Of a stretch of 64,000 nucleotides of DNA, positions 25,868 to 37,955 are shown piece after piece; position 1 is the first letter of the stretch; each line of letters begins with the position of its first letter. The stretch spans positions 496,001 through 560,000 of the forward strand of contig JASTWF010000237.1 in the NCBI GenBank assembly GCA_030390025.1. Reading direction: 5' to 3'. A model generated the notes under the pieces. The model searched no databases. It saw only the letters and a program-made list of their open reading frames with translations, and had not been told where the DNA came from. A program made the translations under genes and the position numbers. The DNA is from Squalus acanthias. Lineage: Eukaryota.

Positions 25868-27470
25868 AGCTAGGTAACTGCCTCATGTCAATTTTTAATA
25901 TCTATTGTGAGGCATCCCACCAATCCTGGTTTTTAGGTTTTAGGTCTGTCAGTTTTAAGCGTTAATACAAGGTTTTGCTAGTCTGGCATAAATCAACTGT
26001 ATATACAGCATGAAAGGAAGTTATGCAATATAATAGTGGCTTGGAACATTCCAGTTCCTATTTTTATAGAGGTAAGTGCAAAAGCTCTTGCATTTGTAGT
26101 TAGTTTTGTGTGGAGGAGACCTTTAATTTGAACAAGATTGTTCTATATCTGTGTACAATTCAATTTATATTTTTTTAATTTGCCTTGGCTTTAATAAGGA
26201 ATGCCTGCCTTTGATAGAACAACTCCCACAATACTTTTTATTTACAACTCGAGCTTCAAGTTTCATTTCTAACATGACTTCAAATATTTTGTGCCAGGAT
26301 AGAAAAAATGTGATTCCCAATGATTGTTTTTAAACAATACTTATTAAAATATAACAATGAGTGGCTGGAGATAGTACAAATCTAAGAGAGCTCAGCACTG
26401 ATATCACACTAATGCCTCGTGATGATATGGCTGGCACTGTGTAGTAGTAACAGGAACTGGTGTTTTGAGGCAGATTAAAGAAGTGCAGCAATAATCTTTT
26501 ACAGCTGATTTTGGGTAGTAAATCATTTTTAATACGTTCTGCTCATAGCCCAAATCTGGCACAGTACCTGTTTGTCAAAATTCGAATATGAATCCAAGCA
26601 CACTCCTTGTTGGTATTGTTTCTCAATGTGACACCACTGAATAGAGTACCCATATCAAATTAAACTGGGGTTGATATTTAGGTGCACTTTAATATTGTGA
26701 ATAGAATGTCTGATGCCAAATTAAAATTTTCAGCTGAGCATTCCAACCCAGCTTTGAATGTCATCACTTGCCGTTTATTTAGATTGGTGGATTGTTTTTC
26801 CATGTTCAATCATCTGCCTTCAGATATCCTTGATTTTACTTCAAGCTGCTTTACAAGTGTGCTGCCAATTATTTGTGTCTTCTATTTTGACCTGTTTATG
26901 GATTCCTAAAAACGAACACAGGAACATATTAGGGGACTGTTTTTCAGTTAGACATAGGTACGACAAAAATATGCAACTGGGAAGATTAGAGGGAAATTGT
27001 GTCTTCGAAGAAGCCTTTTAAGATGGATTGAACATGATCTTCTCATACCCTGTGCAAGACTTTTTCTTTGGTCTATCAGCTTCAGTACGTTTTCTGTCGC
27101 CATCATTGCTTCAGGATAAGTAGGGTTTGCAAAAGATCTGTCTCAGATTTTTGATTAAAAATTATACACAATTTCACCACATTTAGGCAATTTGTTCTAT
27201 CGTAGTTTCTACTTTAAACTGCTGAGGAAGTTCTAGAAATATTTTTTCCAATAACTGAACATCACAAAGTTCATTTGAGAGAATTTTCAGATGATCCCTT
27301 CAAACCACTGTTGGCGGCCATGCCTTCAGCCTCCTGAACCCATTCTCTGGAATTGTCTTCCTAAACCCTTCAGCCTATCCACCACTCCTCTAAGACACTT
27401 GCTGAACCCTACCTCTTTGACCAAGCCCCTCCTAATAACTCTGGAAGCAGAAAATGTACTTGAACACAAA

Positions 27471-28076
27471 AGCCCCAATTTTAACCTGGGATGGCCTGCA
27501 GGAGCCAGAGCGGGAGGAAAGTGTCCACGATGGTACCAGCATGAGGCCTGGGCATTTTTTACTCCTGGATCACGTTAACTGTCCTGCGCTGACTCCTACC
27601 CAAAGCCAGTGGGGTTAATGTGGGGGCAGGAAATCATCTGGCTCCAGGCTGCCACCGAGGAAAATGCCCTTGGCAAGGTGAGGGAGAGGAGGGGAATCCG
27701 GACGATCGCGTTTGGGGGCAGAGGAGACACAAGGGCCTTGTGGGATCAGGAGGAGTACTCCTGGTTCTCCTGGCCCATCAGGATACCTTAAAAAAAAAAA
27801 AAAAAATGATGAACTTACCTGGGCCTCTTCTGACCCCAATCCTGCTTGCCGCCAGCATTCACTGGACTGTGCGCGATTCGCTCATTTCACAATTAAAATA
27901 ACGTCAGGATCTGAATTGCGTCCTCCGACCCAGACGTTTAAATATTTATGATCCGAGAGTTAAAATGACGGGAGGCGCGCATGGCTGCGGGAGTGCAAAT
28001 GCTGCGGGAGCGCAGCCACCATTTTAACCCCCTGCCTGCATCGATCCCACCAGCGGGCAGGATTAAAATTGGGGCT
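27471..28076. mobile_element. PIF/Harbinger-like MITE
   Basis: TIRs AGCCCCAATTTTAA / TTAAAATTGGGGCT with A/T-rich 3-bp flanks. GC/CpG-rich interior. The superfamily assignment is inferred. Confidence 0.7.
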
Positions 28077-28910
28077 AAATAAACCAATCTTCCCTCTCCT
28101 AGAAGCCACATGCTCTCCACTTTGAGACAGCTTAAGCAAGCATTAATTGTCTGAGGAAGGATCAGGTCAGTCTTAAATCCCAGATCCTAAAAGCATGCTG
28201 CTGATGCTGACACAGGCCCTACGATAGGTAAAAGTACTTCGGAATAAAGTGTAATGAGGAAATTGCCATTCTTGGCCAATGTTTAATACTATAATTTGGG
28301 GAATGGTTAGATGATCCCATGTTCTGGTAGACTTTTAATCCTATTTTCTGATGCCACGGTGTCCCTTTCTGCTTGACTATCGATCGTAATACCTATCGTT
28401 CACTGAGATGATGGGAATGGAATGGGCGGGGGGGGGGGCAATGCTTTCCTAGTTCAAGCGCCTGCACAGACCAGCCGTTAGGGATTTCACACTTATGCTA
28501 CCTAAACTGATGAGAACCTGAATGATAGAGTGGACACTTAGGTTCATAGGATCGCAACTAGTATTTGAGTCAGAGACCCTATAACAAAGGGGTATGTGCT
28601 TTATTTGTAAGGACATTGCCACCTTTTTGAGCCCTGCCACCAAGTTCAAAGGAAATTTGAATATATGATGTCCATATAGCTCAATATGCTGGCACAGTGG
28701 TCTTCCAAGCACATATTAGTAAGTGCACCTACTTAACTATCTGATGATCATTATTGATGCTTTCTTCAACGGCAGAGATGTTTACATGTGAAACAGATGA
28801 ACCCAAAGTAGTTAATCTTGACTCCAGTCTACCTGGCATATAAATGGATTGCTACTTAAGGCAGCATCTTGGCACTATTATAATCTTGGCTCCCGATTGC
28901 CAAGTTAATT

Positions 28911-29120
28911 GCAAAAGCAAAACACTGCAGATGCTGGAAATCTGAAATAAAAACAGAAAATGCTGGAAACGCTCAGCAGGTCAGGCAGCATCCGTGGAGA
29001 GAGAAACAGAGTTAACGTTTCAGGTCGGTGATCTTTCGTCAGTTCCTCGACCTGAAACGTTTGTCTCTCCACAGATGTTGCCTGACCTGCTGTGTGAGTA
29101 TTTCCATCATTTTCTGTTCA
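28911..29120. mobile_element. Penelope-like inverted terminal-repeat insert with a hammerhead motif
   Basis: Same family as 24462. 9-bp TSD AAGTTAATT (28902-28910 / 29121-29129). The minus strand reads CTGACGA-AAGATC-ACC-GACCT-GAAA-CGTTAAC. Confidence 0.75.
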
Positions 29121-29559
29121 AAGTTAATTAGTTCTCTTGCAGATGGACAACAAATGTAGAGAGATGCACCTTGTGGTCTGTGCCTCCATATGTTGGAATG
29201 AGGAAATGAGTATAAAATTGTACTGATTGATTCTGTCTTTCTAACAAATGTCATTGATGGATTCTCCAAGTGGCAATATGATCTTACCTATTTTTTTATT
29301 ACGTTTTTTGTGAATTTTGTGCTCTTTCCATTTTACGTACCCTTTGCCAGCATCAAGCACCCCCAGTCAGATCTAGTGTGATTAAATGCAGAGTAAAACT
29401 CCCTCGTCTCCAATTTGACTCACCCCCATCAGTAGCCCAACTGCACTACTGTGACATTCTCCTATTTGTCACAACAGTCATCTGGTGGCCGCCTTCAGTG
29501 AGATTGCCTCCTATTAGTGGTATATTCTCACTTAAATGTACATGTTAAACCTACCTGCT

Positions 29560-31995
29560 GTAGACCGCTGCTCATCCCCCCCCACACTGCTACTCGGTCG
29601 TTCACCCAGATGATGCTTCCACCACCAGGAATGTGCTCTGACCTTATCTTTGCTGGACTACCTGAAACTTTGTTCTGGTACTAGGCCACCTGGGGGTCCC
29701 TGCCCTTCTCACAGACCCTGGACTTCATCAATCTCTTCACAGACACTGAACTTCTGCCCCCCCCACCCCCCTCCCCATAGATTCCAATCCACTCCAACTT
29801 CCCTTGCAATAAACTTTGTCCTCTGAACTCTTGACCTCTATCCGTTTTGCTGATCTTTGACTGGTTGCCTCCATTCACCAGCAGCTCCTTTACTGAATTC
29901 CTTACTATGCATAGCTCACTACCTCTTGTCTGTGTAATCTAAGGTCTTCTGTTGCATCCACCTGGATGTGCCACCTGTATCCAAGCCCCCTCTTTCACCC
30001 TGGCCCTATTCCTTCTCTACCTGCCTTTATCCCTTTCTTTTAGCTTGTCCCCATAGGCCCCCATCGATTCTTCTTTGCCAGCCAATCATTCTCCTGCTGC
30101 TGCTCCAGGTTTGAGTCTCTTCTGAATGAGCTACCACTGATCCACCCTTGGTATCGTTCAGCAAACCCAATTGCCTCATTCGATGCTGAAGGCAACCATC
30201 TCACCCAGCTCATTCTAGGGACTCAACCTCTCTAACCTCCTCTCCATCCTGTAATGAGCCTCCCAAATCTTCCCCCTCACTGGTGGGTCATTAACCACTG
30301 ACCTACTCTGTATCATTGGTCTGTAAATTAGCTCCACTCCAGTAAGCTCCCCGCTGGAGTGGAGCTAATTTACAGAACAAACGGGAAACTGTTCAACCTC
30401 TGTCGCCTCCAGTCCAGATTCAAGATCGTCCCATCCTCTGTTGTCGAATTACAGTATGCAGACGACGCGTGTGTCTGCGCTCACTCGGAGGTCAAACTCC
30501 AAACCATCGTCAACACCTTCACCGAAGAGTACGAGAGCATAGGCCTTACACTAAACATCCGTAAGACAAAGGTCCTCTACCAACCTGCCCCCGCCACACA
30601 GTACTGCCCCCCGATTATCAAAATCCACAACAAGGCCTTGGACAACATGGACCACTTTCCATACCTCGGGAGCCTACTGTCAACAAGGGCAGATGTCTAT
30701 GACGAAGTCCAACACTGCCTTCAGTGTGCCAGTGCAGCCTTCGGTCGCCTGAGGAAGAGTGTGTTTGAAGACCAGGACCTCAAACCCGGCACTAAGCTCA
30801 TGGTCTACAGAGCAGCAGTGATACCTGCCCTGCTGTATGCCTCAGAGACATGGACCATGTACAGCAGGCACCTCAAAGTATTGGAGAGGTACCACCAACG
30901 CTGCCTCTGCAAGATCCTGCAAATCCATTGGCAGGATAGGCGCACCAACGTCCGTGTTCTCGCTCAGGCCAACATCCCCAGCGTCAAAGCTTTGACCATG
31001 CTCGATCAGCTCCGATGGACGGGCCACATCGTCCGCATGCCCGATACGTGACTCCCAAAACAAGCGCTCTACTCGGAGCTCCAACACGGCAAGAGAGCCC
31101 CAGGTGGGCAGAGGAAATGCTTCAAGGAAACCCTCAAAGCCTCCTTGGAAAAAGTGCAACATCCCCACTGACACCTGGGAATCCCTGGCCAAAGACCGCA
31201 CAAAGTGGAGGAGAAGCATCCGGGAAGGTGCCGAACACCTCGAGTCTCTTCGCCGGGAGCAAGCGGAAGCCAAGCGCAAACAGCGGAAGGAGCGCACGTC
31301 AACCCAAGCACCCCACCCACCCGCCCCTTCAACCACCGTCTGCCCCACCTGTGACAGAGACTGTAGGTCCCGCATTGGACTCATCAGTCACCTGAGGACT
31401 CATTTTTAATGTGGAAGCAAGTCATCCTCACTTCCGAGGGACTGCCTAAGAAGAGAAGACTCTATCATTGTCCAGTGCATTTGCTGCCTTGCAATTAAGG
31501 CCCTTGCTATCCACAACCTCATTGTGAATGAATCAGTTGACATTCAGGTGTTGACAGAAACCTGGCTTACAAGTGGTGACTCCTTCCCCAAGCCTCCCTG
31601 AAAGGCTAGATGTTATTCCACGTGCCCTTCCCAAACAAATTTAAAATCCTCATTTACAGATTGCTTCCATCGTACCCTACCTCTGCCACATTCTTCATCC
31701 TTCCGTCTCCTCCCATATTCTCTATCCTAACTGATGGGGCCCCCTCGGCATCCTATCTCCCTCCAATGCACCTTCAGTGGTACAGCTTTCAGCCACCTTA
31801 GTCCTACTCTTAGGTACTGTCTCCCAAAATCCCCCTATCTCCCTCCCCACCTTTTAAAGATATTTTGAAATACATCTCTTCAATCAAAGTTTTGGGGAAC
31901 TCTCCCATAAAGGCTTGATGCAAGCTCTTTTGCTCCCCTTGAAGCACTTTAGGATGTTTTTCTACTTTCAGGGGTTTATATAAATGAAAGTTGTT
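29560..31995 (+). mobile_element. Old L2-like LINE remnants flanking the RTE insertion
   Basis: C-rich sequence. APE motif VDIQVLTETWL at ~31536-31569. L2-type tail tgaagcactttaggatg...tataaatgaaagttg at ~31940-31995. Confidence 0.55.
30320..31460 (+). mobile_element. RTE-clade (BovB-like) LINE, 5'-truncated and young
   Basis: RT motifs LQYADD, GLTLNIRKTKV, FPYLGS, LLYASETW and LRWTGHIVRM. C-terminal C2H2 finger CPTCDRDCRSRIGLISHLRTH. (GAA)-type tail. One stop at 31049 and one frameshift near 31150. TSD TATCATTG (30311-30318 / 31463-31470). Confidence 0.92.
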
Positions 31996-33104
31996 TTTAG
32001 TAAGTTATCTGAGATTTCTTTTCAAAACCGCAAAGACAATATAAATACGCTTGTTGTACCATATAAATAAAATGAATACTAGCACCTGGCTGAAAACAGA
32101 TGCTAAATGGAGTGGAATGTATGGTAAGGAGAGGTGTAAGAATGCATGGCAAGGGGAGAAATGGATGAGGGGGCGTAGATAGCAGTGAAAAAGACGAGAA
32201 TGGATGGGCTTCTTTGTCAAGTGGGTCTAGAGAGGGTGGAGTGCTTTCATGAACTGGGATGGTGGGAGTTGAATGTGGAACAGTATTGTTGACTGATGTT
32301 TTTTTCCACCTTAATTTAAAGTGTAATTAGACATCTTCCTCATGCTCTTGAGCATGATAGAAATGCAAGTTATGTACGTTACATCAATGCTTTTTGGATT
32401 AAAAAGTTCTATTTATGTTTCAACAATTTTATGCTGCAAGTAAGCCTACAGACCGTTATTATTTACATTATCTCATTCAGCTATTGCATCTTTATACATG
32501 TAGACCTGCAGTATTATACTCGAGTATTGCCATCTGATGGTGCAAAATCTAAGTCAGTTGTGACTTATAACGATCATTTTTATTTTAAAATTTAAAATCT
32601 ATATCAAACTATTCCAGAATAAATAATTTTTGATATTAAATGCTGAGTCAGAAGAGTGTAAAAAATTCAACATTTCTGATTTACTTAATGTCACATGGAA
32701 ATGGGTGGAATCTTCCAAACTGATCATTTGTGACCCATGTCACAAATGCTGAAAATAAATCCCCAGTGACCGAGTTTATCCAGTGTGTAGCTGAATCATG
32801 CAGCCCAGCAAGATCAGAGGCCAAAATCAGCAAGGATTCTGGCTCCTGACCGCTAGCTACCTTCAGGGGAAGGGAGGAAAACCAGAATTGTTGGAAGTGT
32901 CGAGTCCAAAATCCTGAACTGTTTCATGTATACAATCATTTTATACAAACATAAATGCTGTTGAGTGAGCGCTTTCGAGATATTTAATGAAAATTACCAC
33001 AGTGGGGCACTGTAACTTCAATAAGCTAATAAACTGCATCTCTCTCAACTTGTGCATAGCTACAGTTTTAGCTTCCCTGTTCCTTCGGTGAGTTTATTCA
33101 TTTA

Positions 33105-33245
33105 ATAACTGAGCCATGCAGCCCAGGAGGGGCCCCAGGTTCAATGTCTAGTCTGTGCTAAGTTAGCGGATCTTGCCTGGTGCAGTGACAGGAGCACTAC
33201 AACTAGCCTCAGAACCCTAGGTTAGGAAGAAGATGGTCAGCTGGC
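33105..33245 (+). mobile_element. Ancient tRNA-head SINE-like repeat fragment
   Basis: actgagcca...ccaggttcaat...tgtgctaagttagc...gcctcagaaccctagg. A related copy lies on the minus strand at ~63330-63560. Confidence 0.5.
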
Positions 33246-33309
33246 GGTCCCCGGGGAGACGGAGCTCCGAATGCAGGCGCATGTCAATGTGTACGGGGCT
33301 CTCGTACAT

Positions 33310-33399
33310 TGGGAGATATAACTCTCCATTATCCGGACTTTTTGATTAACCGGCACCACGCCGGTCCCATCGGTGCCGGTTAATAAAGAGTTTCCTGTA
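33310..33399. mobile_element. Right end of a second Tigger-like MITE copy
   Basis: ataactct..ttatccgga..aaccggcaccacgccggtccc.tcggtgccgg..aaagagtttcctgTA, matching 10970-11052. Confidence 0.8.
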
Positions 33400-33914
33400 G
33401 TTTGAAATGGCTAGTTGTTACATTACAGTGACTGAATTGATCATTCAGAAGTGTGCTGTGCTACTTATTTATTTAAAGACTACAGGGAACCTGCGTGCTT
33501 AATCAAAATATTTATACTGGTGAATTCTCCATTCATATCCAAACCAGTTGGGGCTTTGGGAGGTTGAAGTTAGGCACCAGATACCTCGTCTCATCTTTGC
33601 ACACAAGCCTCAGAAATGGTGACTGCAACAGGGGGCTGGCCGTCCATTCAACAGTTAACCTTTAAACCTCTCTCTTTTTAAAAAAAAAACTAATAATAAT
33701 AATTCAATTAGTCCTGTATCTTTGTGAGATTCAAGTATTTTAACAAAGGTTAAATTGATTTTAATATTAGAATACAAAATGTTTGATTAATCAGTATTGG
33801 CAAAACATTGGGATTTATTTATTTTGGGGATGAGTTACAAAAAACTAGAGATTTAAAAAAAAATTAAAACTATCCTGATTTGTACACTTTTTGTTTTGTG
33901 AAATATTCATTTGA

Positions 33915-34670
33915 AAGTCCCACTCTAGAGACTTGAGCACAAAAATCTAGGCTGACACTCCAGTGCAGTGCTGAGGGAGTGCTGCACTGTCATAGATAGA
34001 AACATAGAAGATAGGAGCAGGAGTAGGCCATTCGGCCCCTCGAGCCTGCTCCGCCATTCAATGCAATCCTGGCTGATCATCCAAATTCAGTACCCTGTCC
34101 CTGCTTTCTCCCCATATCCCTTGATCCCCTTAGCCTTAAGAAATATATCTAACTCCTTCTTGAATATATTTAATGAATTGGACTCAACTGTCTTCTGCGG
34201 TAGAGAATTCCACAGGTTCACCACTCTCTGGGTGAAGAAATTCCTCCTCATCTCAGTCCTAAATGGCTTACCCCTTATCCTTAGACTGTGACCCCTGGTT
34301 CTGGACTCCCCCGCCATCGGGAACATCCTTCCTGCATCTCGTCTGTCTAGTCCTGTTAGATGCGACGTTAAACCGAGGCCCCGTCTGCTCTCTCAGGTGG
34401 TCATAAAAGATCCCGTGGCACTATTTCGAAGAAGAGCAGGGGAGTTCTCCCCGGTGTCCTGGCCAATATTTATCCCTCAATCAACATCACTAAAAACAGA
34501 TTATCTGGTCATTATCACATTGCTGTTTGTGGGAGCTTGCTGTGCGCAAACTGGCTGCCACGTTTTCTACATTACAACAGTGACTACACTTCAGAAAGTA
34601 CTTCACTGGCTGTAAAGCGCTTTGAGACGTCCGATGGTCGTGAAAGGCGCTGTATAAATGCAAGTCTTTC
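33915..34670 (+). mobile_element. DeuSINE copy split by a CR1 insertion
   Basis: The 5' part (33915-33991) and 3' part (~34359-34670) are colinear with the 8112 copy. Confidence 0.85.
33992..34360 (-). mobile_element. CR1 3' fragment inserted in the DeuSINE
   Basis: ESRTRGHSLRIRG...RRNFFTQRVVNLWNSLP...FKKELD. Confidence 0.9.
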
Positions 34671-37237
34671 TTTTCATTCTTTTTATCTGTTAAGAATGTG
34701 CTTGGTTCATATGACATTTCTTAAAGCATGAATACATTCTAATAGTTATGAAATGGAAGAATGCTGTTTAATAGAATTATAAATAGTGTGCTGGCATACA
34801 ATGCAAACTAGGGAAGGTTTTCTAAAAAAGGATTTTTCAGACTTAAAAGAATCCAGAACTTGTTAGATATTTCAAAATAAAGTGTAAGATTCCATTATAG
34901 TATTAAACTGCTTTTCATTCTACGCATTAAAGTGCAATGAATATTTAATAGTTTCCCTTCAAGCATTAGAATAGTTTTAGAACAATGTTGATGATGTAAT
35001 TTTATGACTGATGGAAAATGTCTGCTTGTTGCTCTAATCAAATTCTTGAAAAGGAGCCTTTATTACAGAATTGAAAGAGGGCTTGTAGTTTGTGTTTGTG
35101 CCACCAGATGGCAGCTTATACTCATTTACCAAAATCTCTCTCCACTTTCAACCCAGCATATTTCCTTTTTGTGTTCTGCAGCATCTGGTTTTGTTTGTGG
35201 TGTTGTTTTAAGATGATGAGATAGGTAGGTTTTAAATAAAGGAAATCGATCAAAACAATTGAATATAATTGTTTAAAGATTTTCTTTTGTTCTTCCCCCT
35301 CATCTATTTTTCTGCTTCCCGGCCGCAGAAGGCCTTTCATCTCATCAAGGTCCTTTTCTAAGTCGACTTGTGTTGGAAGAGTACAAAATTGAACTTCATA
35401 CAGAATAGTGAGCGTGAAATAATGGCCAAGATAGAGAGGAGTTAGAAGGCAATAGCTCGGTTGTGAGGTGTAGATGACGTCCCAAAGCAGAACTGGTTTG
35501 TATGAGTTATCTGAGCCCCGAGCATCTGTTTCTACCTTTTGGCTTCCTTCTACCTGCACTTGCATTGTCTTTATAATAAGGAAACATGCAGGTGGATTGG
35601 TATAAACTTGTCCACGTTTTCTTTAACCACTCAATCTCAAGTCCCACCTTTATAAACCTCAGTGTATATATTTGTTATGTTAATGGCAGAGCATATTTCT
35701 GTCAATTGTATTGGACTATAGACAGCCATATAACTCAGACAATGTTTGATTACAGGCCAAGTAGCTTTTTTTGAATGTATGCAGTTTTATAAATCCTGTA
35801 CACTCAAAATCTGGAATATAAGTGCTGGGAATTAGAATATTTCCTTTCTTTATACAACCCTGCGGTTGCAAAAAGCATTCCTAGATCAGATGCAGTCCAG
35901 ATTACATACCAGGTCAAGTTCTCTCTACAGTGCGCTCTCAATGTATATTAACCCCACCTCAGTAAAGCACCTCACTGCATCAGTGTGACACTTTCATTTC
36001 CCAAAACAGCCACTTGAACCTGCCACTTTATTCATAAATTATGGCCTGTTTTCTCTTGTGGACTTACACCCACTAGGTGGACTGCCCAAAGTCATTTCAG
36101 TTGCAACCACCAGGGGGGGGGTGGATTAAAAAAAAGGTATTTTTCTTCCGCTGGCCAGCACTAGATTCACATTCAGCTCTCGCAGTTGAAATAGTGCTCA
36201 AGCCTTCTGCATGACCCCGCATTCTGTTTTCTCTAGTGCCCCGTCTCCTCCTCTTCACCCCCCCCCCGCCTCGCAGTGAATTACCACTATTCAGCGTATC
36301 TCCAATCCTTGTGTGGTTATGTCAGTGAGTTTGCATTGTAAGTATATGATCTGGCAGCATATGAACGTAATCATCCTGACCGGAAGGGCATTCATAAGTT
36401 TTTTTTTTGCATTGAAATAGGTTATCTACCATCTTTTTTGTATTTTAGTGTTCTGAATGGGCTGGCACTATTCTACAAACAATTACCTGCATTTACAATC
36501 AACGTTTAAACATAACACTAAGCAGAACAAACTAACTTGAGCTATCAAGCTGATCATGAGTCAAGTAATAAGCTGGTTATCGATGAAGAGGAGTCATTAA
36601 TTTAAGTAAACTATTTATTCTAATCAAACTATTTAATCTGTAAATTACTGAGTATTGCTAATTTGTATTGAACATGTCTCTCCTGTTTTTCTTGAATGTT
36701 TTTCACAACTGAGGGTTCAACTATACTTGACTTGTTTAAAGCTCTTTAGATATTTGTACGTTCCATTACATAAAACTTTTAACTCACTTTGAACCAATGC
36801 TCTTCCTTTACATATGAAAAGAACAAAAGATCATCAAGCTCACCAAAGCTCACCCTGTCTGCTGGATGGTGCAGATATTGTGCACCACCCTCCCCTATTG
36901 CGGGTATTGTTAACTCTTTGGAGGAACATGGCGGGGGGGGGGGGAGAGAAAAACCTAGTCAATTTCTTCAAAATCAAGAAATTCCTCTCCAACTCCCTGA
37001 GACAATCAAACAAGTACTTCACTGACTATTCCCCTCCAGCAATACCCGAGATGTCACGTTATCCTGAGGAACATAGACCCTTCTGCTCCTATGCAGTCCT
37101 ATTTCCCAAAGGTTACAGACTTCCTACCCCATTTTAGCTCTCAATAGTCTTGTCTGCCAAAAACGTATGCATCATCCTCTTTCAATTTATTATTTCTGCT
37201 TGCACTGTCTCCCTGGGTTCCTTATTACACATATTGT

Positions 37238-37445
37238 AATATGTAATCCTATTACAGATGCTATGTAATCCTATTATAGATGCATTTAAGGGGAGGCTAG
37301 ACAAGCAGATGAGGGAGAAGGTAATAGAGGGTTATGCTGATAGATTTAGATGAGAAAAGATGGGAAGAGGCTCGAGTGGAGCATAAACGCCGGCATGGAC
37401 TGGTTGGGCCGAATGGCCTGTTTCTGTGCCGTATATCCTATGTAA
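37238..37445 (+). mobile_element. CR1-type 3' tail fragment
   Basis: gcatttaaggggaggctagacaag...gggccgaatggcctgtttctgtg...atcctatgtaat. Confidence 0.7.
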
Positions 37446-37868
37446 TATTCACTACCCTCTGTATGAAAAGATATACTTTAACTTCACAGTTAAGATATAA
37501 CTTTTACTGTCTTGAGCTTGAATCCATGTCCCCTTGCCCTAGAGCATGTGTTAATATTGAGCATTGCCCAAGTTTATGTATTCAATTTAGGGTTATAATA
37601 AACCAATAAGATCACCTCAAAGCTGCCCTAAGTTCAGTGTAAGCATTCCTAGTACCCATAGTCTTCCTCATAATACAACCTATTTATCCATGTAACAGCA
37701 AATCTGATATTTTGTGCAAAAAAATTACAATTAACCTGTTAAACCAAATTTACTGACTTATCATTTGTGATCAGTATTTCATGATGTTCCTCCTCTCCTT
37801 GTCATTTGATTTATGTAATTGAAAATTTTGAAAAATTGTGGGTTTTCATGAGCTTTGTTTTCTTCCAG

Positions 37869-37955
37869 TATGATTACAGCTTTAGAACGGAACAAAGTGC
37901 TGCTGCTCGTCTTCCACCAAGTCCCACTAAATGTCAGCAGTCACTGTTGTCCTGA
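37869..37955 (+). CDS. MVB12B: MVB12B terminal coding exon, including the TGA stop
   Basis: tttgttttcttccag acceptor. Encodes YDYSFRTEQSAAARLPPSPTKCQQSLLS* (MVB12B: YEYSFRTEQSAAARLPPSPTRCQQ...). The SPTxCQQ tail favours MVB12B over MVB12A. Confidence 0.93.
   Translation, partial: YDYSFRTEQSAAARLPPSPTKCQQSLLS

Noticed and set aside
30842-31384. 180-aa minus-strand ORF
   Set aside because: Antisense shadow of the GC-rich RTE coding region.
35122-35565. 147-aa minus-strand ORF in the intron
   Set aside because: No recognisable homology. It overlaps a block that looks more like a non-coding element.
1-37868. NRON lncRNA orthologue (hosted in a human MVB12B intron)
   Set aside because: I cannot recognise it from the sequence, and by my recollection it lies in a more 5' intron than this window covers.
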